This document shows positions 1 through 12,838 of a stretch of 64,000 bases of DNA, piece by piece (the stretch's first letter is position 1; every line of letters starts with the position of its first letter). The DNA is from Octopus sinensis (taxonomy: Eukaryota). The position numbers and the translations under genes were made by a program. The DNA is taken from the NCBI RefSeq assembly GCF_006345805.1, contig NC_043004.1, positions 27,528,001 through 27,592,000 on the forward strand, in the 5' to 3' direction. The notes under the pieces are model-generated. The model made no database searches. It saw only the letters and a program-made list of their open reading frames with translations, and had not been told where the DNA came from.

Positions 1-18
1 TATATATATATATATATA

Positions 19-178
19 GGGAGAGTTTACGAAAAAAACAAAAGATGAAGACAGGTGGTGTACAAAACAAACAGATGTATTAGTATAATGCTCAGGAATA
101 GAAAAAGACTTTTACGTTTCGAGCCTACGCTCTTCTACAGAAAGGGACACAGAAAAAAACAAGGAGAGAAAAATAATG
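19..178 (-). repeat. Dispersed ~160-bp repeat between microsatellites, carrying an HHR-like variant motif (probable PLE terminal fragment)
   Basis: A diverged second copy lies at ~2143-2296. Minus strand reads cttt-CTGTAGAA-gagc gtag gctc-GAAACGTA-aaag. Confidence 0.55.
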
Positions 179-450
179 TATATATGTACACACACATGCA
201 CGTGCACAAAATCTTCTGGCATATGCATATACAGGTCAGTTGCTACAGATGAAAGAAAAAGAAAGTATATATTAAGCGGAGGGAGGAGGAAGAGAAAAGG
301 AAAAAAGATAAAGAAACAGAGACAGAAAACTAGCGAGAGAAGAGAGAGAAAAAAGGTTAAGGACACAGGGTGCTATGTAAAGACCCTAGCGAGGTGCGAG
401 CATGAAAACGATACTTCATAAATTTTGCACAACAAATGCACCATAAAATT

Positions 451-464
451 ACACACACACACAC

Positions 465-518
<54 letters not shown>

Positions 519-795
519 AATACACATATATGAGTACATAAACAAATATACAAAAGAATGTAAGCAAATACATGCTCACATAAATATAAGTATACACATG
601 TATACATATACATCTATGTACACATGCAGACATACACACACACACACACACGCACACACACACATATGTATATATGCATACACACCTGCACATGTATGCA
701 TATGCACGCATGCACATACATGTGCATACCTACAATACATGCAAACACAAAAATAAATATATAGTGACATATCTATATCATAATATATATATACA
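451..795. repeat. Compound (CA)n/(TA)n low-complexity tract
   Basis: Directly visible. Explains the C/V/Y/I/H/T-rich spurious ORFs. Confidence 0.95.
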
Positions 796-1114
796 AACAA
801 TTTTTAAAAAGCTGCTCGGTGTATATAATATTAAAAATTCGAATGTGACATCATTACAAAATGCTGCACCATATATCAAACTATCTATAAATTTGATGTA
901 ACAATTAAATAGGTATGTAAAATAAAATGAAATAAAAATGAAGCTTAGCAGAGCTTAAGCTAGCAGTTAAATTCGTAAAATCGAAAGTTTTTTTTAAAGA
1001 ATGAGCCGAAATATATTCAACATTGTTGCAATGCAAAATAACCATACACTGCAAAGACAAATTCAAAAGCAGCAGCTGAAAATTCGAAAGTCAAAACATA
1101 TTACCCATATGGTA

Positions 1115-1490
1115 TTTTTTCGGTTGACATTTTAAATTTTCTTGTGAGCTTGCAGGAATTTAAGAGCTCACATCTTTGGTTCAAAGCGTTTTTATCCTGG
1201 AATAGTATAAAGAATTTTTCTGAAAGACAAAAATCACATTTCATAGGTCTTTTATAAGCTCCATGTCTGTAAGCTGATGCTTTATCTAAGCTCTTTCCAG
1301 TTTACATTGAAAGGATGGGCTTCATTCTCTTCCATTTCCCAGAATGCTTTGCAAGGCTAGTCACTGTCCTGTTTTGTGGGTACCGGAAAGAATTTCTGTG
1401 GGAATAAAATCAAATCTTGAAAGAATTTTCTGAAGCTCCTGTATATGTTTTATATTCTTGCAAGCTTTCTGTTTGCACTTTGGCTTTATA
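1115..1490 (-). pseudogene. Penelope-like element GIY-YIG endonuclease remnant
   Basis: Manual translation: YKAKVQTESLQEYKTYTGASENSFKI*FYSH...SLAKH.../CDFCLSEKFFILFQDKNALNQRCELLNSCK. Contains a stop and frameshifts. Confidence 0.8.
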
Positions 1491-1744
1491 TCTAAGGCTG
1501 AGAGAACAGAGGGCAGTATCTGCTAGGGGTAGGGCTGAAGAAACAGACAGAAATCATAGTTGGTATAGTCATAAAAATCAAGATTTATTAGAAGCAATAT
1601 CATGAAGTTTGGTAAAGGAAAGCTTAAAACAAGATGTTAGCTGATAATCTTGATTTTTATGACTATACCAACTATGATTTCTGTCTGCTTCCTCAGCCCT
1701 ACCCCTAACAGATACCGCTCTCTGTTCTCCCAGCCTTAGATATA
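1487..1744. repeat. Inverted repeat, ~99-bp arms (1487-1585 / 1646-1744), 60-bp spacer
   Basis: Arms are reverse complements with a few substitutions; also visible as the near-identical opposite-strand ORF peptides RAVS.RGRAEE.DRNHSWYSHKNQD. Confidence 0.9.
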
Positions 1745-2305
1745 CAAGGATTTGATAAACTAGTCTATAAATTAAAACTGACCCCATAAAAACAAAAAAA
1801 TCAGTGACAGGCAGAGTCTGTAACAATGTATATCTTTTTGATATCTTGGTAACTTTTGTGCTGGAGTGGAGACAGCATGTTCTTTGTCTATCTCCTTAAC
1901 TTCTTGGAGATTTTAGGTATAATTATACTAATATGCCCATCTGTTCTAATTTAATTAAATTCTATGTCTTTGTGCAGCTGAGGATTGCTCTGCATTTTAA
2001 ATTGATGTAATGACTTCATTGTTCAATTAAATGGAGTTGCATGAAACGATCACACTGCATTACCTCTGGATATCCTTGTTGCTTATTTTGATATATATAT
2101 GTATATATATATATATGTATATACACACACACACACATACATTGTGAGAATTTACAAAAAAACAGAAGATGAAGGCGGGTGTGTAAACAACAAACAGATG
2201 TATTAGTTTATCACTCAGGAAGTGAGAAAGTCTTTTACGTTTCGAGCCTATGCTTCAACACAAAGAAACACAGAAATAAACAGGGAAAGAAAAAAATATA
2301 TATAT

Positions 2306-2464
2306 AATTTAAATATCGAGGGTTATAAATTGAATTTTAATTAATTAATATCAATTTAAAACCAGTAGCCTAGTATATAGAAAAATCTGAATAAATTTAC
2401 CCGCTTATGTTTTGGTGTTTGCTGAATTTCTCTAGAGAACATTCTTTTCTTTGTAGTTAGATTG
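2306..2464. mobile_element. Diverged relative of the 545-bp array unit, with an internal inversion
   Basis: 2306-2390 matches the unit start (aatatcaatttaaaaccagtagcc...aaaaatctga). 2399-2464 matches the reverse complement of the unit (tggtgtt.gctgaatt..tctagagaa). Confidence 0.75.
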
Positions 2465-2466
2465 TA

Positions 2467-2865
2467 TACTCTTTTTTTTACTCTTTTATTTGTTTCAGTC
2501 ATTTGACTGCGGCCATGCTGGAGCACCGCCTTTAGTTGAGCAAATCGACCCCGGGACTTATTCTTGTACTTATTCTATCGGTCTCTTTTGCGGAACCGCT
2601 AAGTGACGGGGACATAAACACACCAGCATCGGTTGTCAAGCAATGCTAGGGGGACAAACACAGACACACAAACACATACACACACACACACATATATATA
2701 TACATATATACGACAGGCTTCTTTCAGTTTCCGTCTACCAAATCCACTGACACGGCATTGGTCGGCCCGGGGCTATAGCAGAAGACACTTGCCCAAGATG
2801 CCATGCAGTGGGACTGAACCCGGAACCATGTGGTTGGTTAGCAAGCTACTTACCACACAGCCATG
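2467..2865 (-). mobile_element. tRNA-derived SINE, family A (abundant, internal microsatellite)
   Basis: Head ggctgtgtggtaag...ggttcagtccc (A/B-box-like), internal (TA/TG)n, tail cagcatggccgcagtc...tgaaacaa. At least 9 copies in the window. Confidence 0.85.
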
Positions 2866-3914
2866 ATCTTCTTCTAGCATATTGGTTATCCACCTAGTGG
2901 TTATCCCTAAATATACACACACACATATATATATATATATAACATATAGAATGCATGTGTATGTTTCAGTGGTGTTTCTGAATAGCATTTCTAGCTAGCT
3001 GTATTCACTATAAACTATTTTCCTTCTGACATGTCAGTTTGCTTTATACATTCTTCCAACTTTCCTACAAATGACCTTTCTGAAGACATAAGATTTGCAG
3101 ATAACAGATCTGATTCATCAACTTCTTACATCAACAATCTTAATATTTAGATTGAGTCTTATAAACATTTTTCTGAGCCTATTGGCAATCTCTTTATTGA
3201 ATATTGAAGATAATATCCAAAAACATATTATTGAATTTTATACCATGTAGATATGTATTTACCATGTAGATATTTTAGACAGTTTATCCTTAACACTGGC
3301 TTATTAGCAATGCTGTTATGTTATCAAGGCTATACTTCAGGTGAAGCATGCTTTATAATGTTCGAAAATCATTTTACATCTCTGGTGTGTACTTTGAACT
3401 ATCTTAATGTGTGTTGTAGTTGACAGTTAAACTTGCAAGAGGAAGATGAACTGTTTTGTATGGTTTTATTGCCCCGGAGATTAGCACCAGCTTAAAACAT
3501 CGCTCATTACATTTATGAGATCTGCCATTAAGATATAAATTTTGGCAGTTTCTGACACAGCTGAAGCTTTGTGGATTAGTGACAGCTAGTCTTGGATTTC
3601 ATGTAATGCAAGAGGAATACAGGTGCTTTAGAAATACACTTGATCTCTAAATATTCTATTCATAGTCATTTTCCTTACACAAAATCTTCCACCATCAACT
3701 ATAAACTATAGGTTTAAGAAGTTATTATTGTTACTCCCTGCATGATATTTATAGTTTCTTAGTGGTACTTGTTTAGAAGGGTTATTTTTATAAAGGCCCT
3801 TATATGAATTTTGAAAAAAAAAACAAATTTTCAAACTGCAGCATCATAAGAATCAAATGGAAAAAAAAGAGAAATAAGCACCATGGAGAAATTTAACAAA
3901 CAGTTTTTTTTAAT

Positions 3915-4432
3915 CTTTTACTTGTTTCAGTCATTAGACTGCGGCCATGCAGGGGCACCATCTTCAGGAATTTAAGTTGAACTAATTGACTTCACTACTG
4001 TACTTATTTTCTTATTAAGCCTGGTACTTATTCTATTGGTCTCTTGTGCCAATCCACTAAGTTACAGGGACATAAACACACCAAGACCAGTTATCAAGTG
4101 GTTGTGGTGGTGGTGGTGGGGGGGGGGACAAATACAGGCACAATGGCACATACACACATGATACCAAATCAGACTGGAACTTGGTACAGCTCTCTGGCTT
4201 ACCAGTTCCAGTCAAACCATCTAAGTCATGCCAGTATGGAAAGCAGACACTAATTGGTGGTGATGATGATGATGATGATGATGACGAGCTTCTTTCAGTT
4301 TCCATCTGCCAAATCCACTCACAAGGCTTTGGTCAGCCTGTGGCTATAGCAGAAGGCACTTACCCAAGGTGCTGTGCAGTGGGCCTTGAATCTGGAACCT
4401 GTTGATTGGGAAGGAAACATATTACCACACAG
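3915..4432 (-). mobile_element. SINE family A copy with nested RTE 3' tail (~4165-4285)
   Basis: Homologous to 2467-2865. The nested piece ends in (GAT)n like the RTE tail at ~12660. Confidence 0.75.
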
Positions 4433-4849
4433 CAATTCTTAACAAATTCTTTAGTAAATTAAATCAAAACTTTACCTGTGTTATATTTTCATTGACTCTC
4501 AAAGGATTAAAGGCAAATTAGACCTCTATGAGATTTGAACTCAGAATATAAAGTCAGAACAAATACTATAAAGTGTTTTGTCCACCATCCTAAACAACTA
4601 TATAAGAATAATATAATAACAACTACAATAATAATAGCATTACCTCAACCCAAGACAATTTTGGGAGTCAGGTCAGAAAGGAATGTAAGGCTGATTAAGA
4701 CAAACTGCATGTTTGATTAGAACTAAAATCAGTTCTAATTGACCCTAGAAGGATGAATTGGGAAGCTGGCTCTGACAGGATTTGAACTTAAAACAAAATC
4801 ATAAGACAATCATGCAAAGTCTTCATCTGTCAGTCAATCAAGGTGTTTG

Positions 4850-5060
4850 TTTCAAATTTTAGCACAAGGCCAGCAATTTTGGTGGAGGGGATAGTTGGTG
4901 AAATTGACCCCAAGTGATCAACTTGTACTTATTTTACAAATCCAAAAAGATGAAAGGCAAAATTGACTTTGGCTGAATTTGAACTTGGAATGTAATGACA
5001 GATGAAATACTGCTAAGCATTCATGTCCAGTATGCTAACATTTCTGCCAGCTTGCCACTT
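4850..5060 (-). mobile_element. SINE family B (Meta-domain-like), degenerate
   Basis: Homologous to the young copy at 44300-44532. Further copies at ~5150-5330, 8955-9170, 14185-14385, 40870-41020 and 57555-57705. Confidence 0.7.
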
Positions 5061-6402
5061 TCGTCAGTCAACATATTAATAACAAAGGTAACTACCATTA
5101 TTACTGTTTCATGTCTGTAGATTATCAGAATCTTCCATGATCATACAAAATGCTTTGGGGTATTTATTCTGAGTTATTACATTCTGTGTTCAAATCTTTC
5201 TGAGGCCAACTTCACCTTTTATGCTTACAGTGTCAGATGATAAGGTACCAGTCAAATACTGGGATGAAGCAATGTAATCGGCTAACCCTATCCTTCAAAT
5301 CTGCTGGCCTTGTACTTAAATAGGAACAATTATTTTGTATCTACACAAAATATTTCCATTACGTTTAAAATCTTCCAAACATCAACCAGCAACCTGGAAC
5401 TGTTTGTGAGGCTAAAATAAATTTATTACAGAATGAAAATAGGGTTAACACAGTCTACATTTAATTCTTAACTAGAGTTACAAGAGCAACATTTATTCAA
5501 TGATTTCCCTAATTATTGTAATAAATAAATAAATATTACAAATAATTAGCTATATTGTTGTAATGGGAATAAAAATGTGTATTAAACTGGACTGTAATAA
5601 AATGCACAATGTTTTGATAAGGTAGCTATGATTCCTCTAATTACTATAATAGATAAAAGATTATAGATGATAAACAATATTGTTCTAATGAGTACGAGAA
5701 TGTGTATGAAGCTGGGCTGTAATAAAAAGTTCAATTTTTTGACAAGGCAGCAATTTTCTAACAGAAATACTTTGAAATTGACTGGTCTTGTATCTCCATG
5801 ACTTAGGCATTTTTGATCCACTTACTTCTCTATCGCTCAGCTCCCTTCAAACCCCTGCTTTACTTATACTAACTACTATTCTCAATCCTTCATCCCCAGA
5901 ATATTGGCCTTCTGCAATTTCCTCCCTGCTCATGTCTTTTCTGTAACAATTTTAACAGAACACTAACTACATTGGCCTCACCAGTTTTGGATGGTCTACA
6001 AGTGACATGGGCTTTGCTCCTTCTTACAGGTTCAACAATTTAAAAAAGAATTAAAGTGGCATTTAATACTAATGAGGAATGACAAAACTTGTGGCTGATA
6101 TAACAGACAATTGTTGGCAGAGTGAAATAGATTGAAGCAAGATGACAATGGAAATATTTAAAGAGAAATGCTGAAATAAAACATGTTAGAACTAAGAGAA
6201 TAATAAAACTAAAAATGGTTAAATGAAATTCTAATGAGGAGTCAGTTCTCTAAGAGATACACTGGCGAAAACAAATTTAAGACCGATGATAAAAGTTCTA
6301 TTTCTTACAAAATATTTTGTTACTAACACCATACAAATTATTTTTATCTTTTACACCTTATGCAGAATTTATTTCTCTTTCGAATGATGCAGACAATAAC
6401 TA

Positions 6403-6957
6403 TTGGGTTGTCTGGAAAGTTCGTGCTGATTTATAGTAGTTTACATTTCGACTTATTTTAGAACATGGTTGAGTCCATAAAATAGGATTTGACTACACCT
6501 CCATTTAGAGCACAGTTTAAGCTATCTTTTCATGGAAGAAGGTTTATGTTCCTATAACCTGTGTTAATTCTGTAACCCTTTAAAATAGAAGATAAGAAAG
6601 TTCCTTTTTGGCACTTGATGCTTTGGGAACCAGACAAAAATTGCTGCAGCTTGGCCAGGATGTGTTACCCCACCCTCCATATTCACCAGATATTGCTCCT
6701 TTGGATTTCCACTTATTCATATCTCTGCAGAATAGTCTTAATGGTAAAAATTTCAATTCCTTGGATGACATAAAATGATACCTTGATGAATTCTTTGCTA
6801 CGAAACCACCTCAATTCTGGGAAGAGGTTATTTTCAAGTTAAAGGAAAGATGGAGACACATTGTGCAACAAAATGGTTCATTAAAAATGTAATGGCAAAT
6901 ATTTATTGATCCTTTTCTTTCCTTTAAAAATCGGTAAGGACTTTCTGGACAACCCAA
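6403..6957 (+). mobile_element. Internally deleted mariner element nested in the left Tc1 TIR
   Basis: TIRs ttgggttgtc.ggaaagt / actttctggacaacccaa with TA duplicated at 6401-6402 and 6958-6959. Encodes HPPYSPDIAPLDFHLF (mariner C-terminus). Confidence 0.93.
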
Positions 6958-7104
6958 TATTTTTATACAACTTGAAGAATTCTAATGCTAAATTAATATA
7001 AGCATTTCAAATTTACCAGCAAAATTAGTTTAAGACCGTATCATTATAATTTTATTTAAAGCTTAAGATTGTAGCAAAAATGAGCAGCAAGAACGAAATA
7101 CATA

Positions 7105-8066
7105 TTAGTACTTTGTGCCATAGCCTTTATTCTTAATAACGGCTGAACAACGCCTCGGCATTGAATTCGCTAAGTGATTACAAAATTCTATGGGAATGTT
7201 TTGCCATATTTCATTGATATAATCGAATAATTGTTTTAGATTAGATGGTTTTTTAGCATGGACTTTTTTGGAAACATAATTCCACAAGTTCTCAATCGGA
7301 TTTAGGTCTGGGCTCTGAGGAGGCCATTCGATTACATCAATATTATGGTGATCAAAAAATTCCATAACCATTTTGGCTTCGTGCACTGGACTATTGTCCT
7401 GCTGATAAATAGCCCCCAGAGGAATTTGGTGAATCAAAACACCAAAGCCACTAAATGCTGCCCACCCCATCACACCCCAACCCTCCACTTGTGCCATCTT
7501 TTTCATGCATTTCGGATGGAATTCCTTGGTTGGGCAACGTTTGACATGTGTTTTACCATCTGATCCAGATATACGGAAGCATGGCTCGTCACTCCAAAGG
7601 ACCCTGCACCAATCTTCGGCAGTCCATTGAACATGGCTTTTTGTGAAATTAAGGCATTTGAGTCGATTTCTTTGGGATATTATTGGCTTTTTTCTAGTAA
7701 TTCTTCCATGTAGTCGAAATTCTCTCAAACAGTTGTGGACGGTTTGTGGTGTAAAAAAACACCATTCTCGTTGGACAATTGATTACAAATATCAACAGCT
7801 GTCAGCATTTGGTTGCCTTCCAAAAGTTGGTGGATTCGATGGTCCAACTGCACTGTCGTTTTTCTTGGGGAGCCAGTTCTTTGCTGATCTTTGCCAGTTC
7901 TTTGCCAGTTCTATTGACCAGTCTTCGAGTATAACTTCCACACTTGCACGCAAGCCATTTTACTGCACTTTAGTTGCTTGCTGATGTTCGAAAAGGAAAC
8001 TTTTTGCTGGTTGAGTAATACAATTTTTGTTCTCATGACTGGACTGAGGCTACGTTGTTTACCCAT
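7105..8066 (-). pseudogene. Tc1 DDE transposase, frameshifted
   Basis: Starts MGKQRSLSPVMRTKIV at 8066. ORF 7105-7728 carries WSDE, QQDN and WPPQSPDLNPIENLW. Confidence 0.92.
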
Positions 8067-9729
8067 TATTAATCAATTGTATAATAATGTTAAATTATAA
8101 CACTGTATAGTGCAGTTAATTTGCATACATATTACATGGTCTTAAATTAATTTTGCCAGTAAATTTGAATCGTTTATATTAATTTAGCATTAGAACTCTT
8201 CAAGTTGTATAAAAATAGTTATTGTCTGCATCATTCAAAGGAGAAATAAATTCTGCATAAAGTGTAAAAGATAAAAATAATTTGTATGGTGTTAGTAACA
8301 AAATATTTTGTAAGAAATAGAACTTTTATCACCAGTCTTAAATTTATTTTCGCCAGTGTAAGCACTTCTGGGAGCCAACGATAGAGCTTCTATGTAGTTG
8401 CTCCACTTACAAGAAATAGCAGTGAAGTCTCTCTCAAACTTTATTCTTAAGTTTATTCTTATGACTTAAAAAAGGAAGGACACATTGGATAATGTAGTCC
8501 ATGGTATACTTTTCCAAGAAATAATAAAACAGGAATGTCATGGCTTGAATGCCTTAAACTATGTTTCCTTGATCAGTGCCAACTTAGAGTTACACACCAA
8601 AAGCAACAAGAACAATTATAAACACAAAAATATATTTGATTCCTGAAAATTCTACAAGAATCTTAGTAAAACAGAAATTATTGGAATAGACAGAAAGAAT
8701 TCTTTTAGAAATTTATTGGCAGATGTTGTTAATGTGAAGAAGAAAAATAGAGCTTTGACATACCATTCCTATCTAAAGGAATATCTACCTAATAGTAACC
8801 AAAGAGTTAATGTGAAAATAAAATCTATATAAATATTGTTGTATTTGAATATATTTTGCTCTTCCAGGTATTATAGACACCACCACCGCAGATATCTGAA
8901 AGAAGTTGTTTTATTATAAACTTGCATGTGATTGCAGATTTGAATTACAAAAAGGTGGCGAGCTAGTAGAATTGTTGGCCAGGTGAAATAATTAGTGGTA
9001 TTTCATCTGCTGCTATGTTCTGAGTTCAAATTCCGCCAAGGTCGACTTTGCTTTTCATTCTTTTGAGGGCAATGAAATAGGTACCAGCAACACGTTGGGG
9101 TCAATGTAATCAAATAGCCCCTCTTCCCCGCAAAAGTTTTCAAGGCTTTGTACCTACACCAGAAATAATTATTAGATAACACAAAGAATGTCAAACACAT
9201 AACTAATTGAATAAAGGAAACTTAAACTATAATGGATTTGTTAAAAGGAAAATCAAAACAAAAATACTGATAATAATAATAATAATAATTTTATTTTGCT
9301 TTGTAAGCCTTGACAGAAACATATGGACTTCCTAGCTCTGTCAGAAGTTTCTGAGATAAGAGAATAGATTTGCAAACCAACAGTGACAATCAAAATTGTG
9401 GTAGCCCATATGTAAAGAATGGTACCACTTATAGATTTTCAGCATGTTTGTGGTTCCTTTTCTTTAAAACTCTGATACTTTAAATTAATTGTTTCGAAAT
9501 TTCTACTGATGAAACCCATTTTAACCAATCAATAATTATCCATGAGCCTTTATTAATACTTAAATTTTTAAAAAATTTTTTCAGAAATTAACTAAAATAA
9601 TTAATCTCAAAAATTCAAACATTCATATTGTTTTCTAATTTGCTGACTCATTGTGGGTCCCAGACTAACTAAATCATCAATAACTGAGCTGATTCAAAAG
9701 TTAGTGAAACACTTCAAATGTTTATTTAA

Positions 9730-9950
9730 TCCTTTAGCATTTAAACCAGTTATATCCGGCCAGAAGTATTCTGCCTGTTTTATGGTCAAACTGGTCAGAT
9801 CTGGTCCCTCATACCAATCCTAAAATATCATTTTAAAACTTAACAGCTACCTCATCAAAATCTCATAGCTACAAGATAATGCATGATTAGTTCAAAACAA
9901 TGTGGATAAAAAAGGATTAATTTTGGCAGAATAATGTGAACACTACAGGG
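9730..9950 (+). mobile_element. TTAA-flanked (piggyBac-like) MITE, ~220 bp
   Basis: TTAA-(c)cctttagc...agggTTAA. Copies at 53150-53370, 62339-62554 (opposite strand) and a truncated one at ~26550-26732. Confidence 0.8.
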
Positions 9951-10467
9951 TTAAAGAATATAATTCAATTGGGGATTACTTGATAGTTCTTGTTTTTCAG
10001 GGAGAAACATTCCTCCGATTCCATTTGTAGTAAATTTTGTGATATAGCCTTATGTCTAATAATGCTTTTTTTTAAATTTTGTTTTGTCTTTTTCTTTGTA
10101 TAACATTCATGAACATCAAATATTTCATTAGTCACTGACCTACAGGCCTGATGTCTTCTCTTTGCCTCTACTATCATAACTACAATAACATCTGTTCCTT
10201 AGAGCTGGTTGGACTCCTACCTCCTCCCCTCTCCACTCACATCCCCTTTGTTGTATCCAATCCTCTCCCAGTCCTACACTAACCACTATGAGAAGTTTTC
10301 TTCTCCAGAACATTACTCTTTTGGAATCTTCTTCCTGCTCTTGTCTTCGCTGCAAATGTTAATCTGCAAACAGAACAATGACAGAATCAGCAATCTCACT
10401 ATTTTAGGAAGGTTTATTAAGATTGTGAGCACTATTCTTTCCTTTAGGCTCAGCAGGTGAAAAGTGC

Positions 10468-10810
10468 ATGCATTGCTGTGTGGTAAGAAGCTTGCTTCCC
10501 AACCACATGGTTCTGGGTTCAGTCCCCCTGCATGGCACCTTGGGCCAACCAGAGCCTTATGATGGATTTGGTAGACGGAAACTGACAGAAGCCCATTGTG
10601 TGTGTATTTGCTCACCACCAGTGCTTGACTACTGGTGTTGGTGTGTTTATGTACCTGTAACTTAGCAGTTCAGCACAAGAGATTAAAAAAAAAAGAGATT
10701 CAAAAAATAAGTATCAGGTTTAAAAACAAACAAGCAAAAATAATAAGTACTGGGGTTAGCTCACTCAACTAAAAATTACTCAAGGCTGCCATCTAATGAC
10801 AGAAACAAAT
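10468..10810 (+). mobile_element. SINE family A copy
   Basis: Head gctgtgtggtaagaagcttgcttcccaaccacatggttctgggttcagtccc and the family body. Confidence 0.75.
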
Positions 10811-10961
10811 AAACGATTCACAATCAAAACATTTTATCTTTGCCATTCTTTTAGGATTATAGCACAATCCAATTTTTGCCACAAACTCATTGTCAGGAAA
10901 CCACTGAGATAAAACTAAAGTACTGCAAATGAGAGGAAAATAGTAAAATGATAGAAATAGT

Positions 10962-11302
10962 TACGAAGATGTACTCGCATAGCAAGTGATTTGATCTGAG
11001 ATCGTGTGCTGAAACGAAAACAATTGCAGCGTGGAAGGTGTTTGTAAGCCATTTAAGAAACACACAAAAGCCGTTCGATTCACTTCAACATTTAAGTTTA
11101 ATTTGTCAAAATATTTTCCTCGCTAAAATCCGCGACCTGTTCACTGACAAAAATCCGTGCTGCATCTCTTTTTGTCAGTGAACAGGTCGCGGATTTTAGC
11201 GAGGAAAATATTTTGACAAATTAAACTTAAATGTTGAAGTGAATCGAACGGCTTTTGTGTGTTTTTTAAATGGCTTACAAACACCTTCCACACTGCAATT
11301 GT
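10962..11302. mobile_element. Fold-back insertion: ~135-bp inverted arms, 15-nt loop, 13-bp direct-repeat flanks
   Basis: Arms 11019-11153 and 11169-11303 with 2 mismatches. TGATAGAAATAGT at 10949-10961 and 11303-11315. Confidence 0.88.
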
Positions 11303-11759
11303 TGATAGAAATAGTAGATTACCTTTAATTCTTGTATAAGATCGTTCTCATAATGATGGCAAGAGTATGTTATTCTAATCCTGATTGTCAACTTCATTTC
11401 AATAAATTTGTAACTTCCATCACACGTATATGAACTTACTTTAAATTTTATTAAATGATGGTATTATTTCAATATAGAAGGCCCAATCTTTTTAATTAGT
11501 TCAGCTGTCATTTTGTTGTAACAAGGAGAATCTATCTCATATTTATTTCATAGTAATAATTATAAAGCCATTCCAATTATATATATTCTTAATTCAACTC
11601 ATCAGTGTAAAATTGAAGGTCACAGACAATGAAATATATACTTTACCTACTCATATAAGTATACACACCTAAAGTATGACCACAACGAAAACTAAGAGGG
11701 AAAGGCTTTAAAAAAACGTTTTTTTTGTGTATAGTCGTGTATAGTTGATTTTAAGCTAG

Positions 11760-12665
11760 AGCTAGTTGATAGCTTCCGTTATCTAGGTGACCAAGTCAGT
11801 AGTGGAGGTGGATGTAATGAATGAAAGGTAGACTGTATGATGGCTGTGTGCGAACAGCTATGCTACATGGCAGTGAAACATGGGCTGTGACCGCTGAGGA
11901 CATGCATAAGCTTGAAAGCAATGAAGCTAGTGTGCTTCAATGGATGTGCAATGTCAGTGTGCATGTACAACAGTGTTAGTGTCTTGAGAGAAAACAGGCA
12001 ACAGATGTAGTGTGCAAGAGAGATGACTGCACTGATATGGTCATGTGATGTGTATGGATGAGGACAGCTGTGTAACGAAGTGCTGATCTCTAGCAGTCTC
12101 TAATAGTGGAGGGAACCTGTGGAAGAGGTAGACCCAGGAAGACATGGGACAAGGTGGTGAAGCATGATCTTCGAATGATGGGCTTTATGGAGGTGATGAC
12201 AAGTATCTGAGACCTCTGGTGATATGCTGTGCATGAGAAGATTTGTCAGGCCAAGTGAAATTGTAGTTGTGGCCATGCCAGTGCCATGTAAATGACATCT
12301 GTGTGGTCAGAGTTGGGCAGTCACTGGTGCCTTGTAAGTGGCACCTGGGAATTGTAGTCGTGGCTGTTGACAGTGCCATGTATATGGCACCCATGAATTG
12401 TAGTTGTGGCCGTTGCTGATACTATGGAAAGGGAACCCATGAATCATCATGGTCGTTGCCAGTGTCATGTAAATGATACCCATGCTGGTGGCACATAAAA
12501 GCATCCATTACATTCCTGGAGTGGTTGGTGTTAGGAAGGGCATCCAACCATTGAAACCATGTCAAATCAGACTGGAATCTGGTGCAGCTCTCCGGCTTGC
12601 CAGTTCCATTCAAACCATTTAACCCATGCCACATAGAGAGTGGATGTTAAATGATGATGATGATG
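11760..12665 (+). mobile_element. RTE-clade LINE 3' fragment
   Basis: FRYLGDQV, LHGSETWA and GTCGRGRPRKTW motifs; repeated 3'UTR units; (GAT)n tail. Confidence 0.85.
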
Positions 12666-12838
12666 AATTTTAGTGTGCATTTTACATATGAAGAACTGTT
12701 CCACACTTGCCATCAGATGCACACACAAACACACTGTTGATAATCAGATCCAAAGACTGAATCTATTGGCATATATAACAAAAATAATTGAGGACTTTGG
12801 GCTGAGGCTGAATATTTTAGCAGTTTTTATCTACCCTA

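Larger units (their letters stand above)
6260..8358 (-). mobile_element. Tc1-like DNA transposon with ~220-bp IR/DR terminal inverted repeats and TA target duplication
   Basis: TA-cactggcgaaa...tttcgccagtg-TA. Right TIR 8138-8358; left TIR 6260-6402 plus 6960-7037. Inner and outer direct repeats end in tttaagacc. Confidence 0.95.

Noticed and set aside
55-901. Many short ORFs rich in C/V/Y/I/H/T (also at 17175-17577, 27122-27477, 42016-42278, 52396-52975, 58726-59250)
   Set aside because: Translations of dinucleotide and tetranucleotide microsatellites.
9470-9590. Minus-strand atcagtagaaatttcgaaaca, similar to the 33132 hammerhead
   Set aside because: The first core strand reads CTGAAAA and the cleavage triplet and stem I are lost; at most a fossil.
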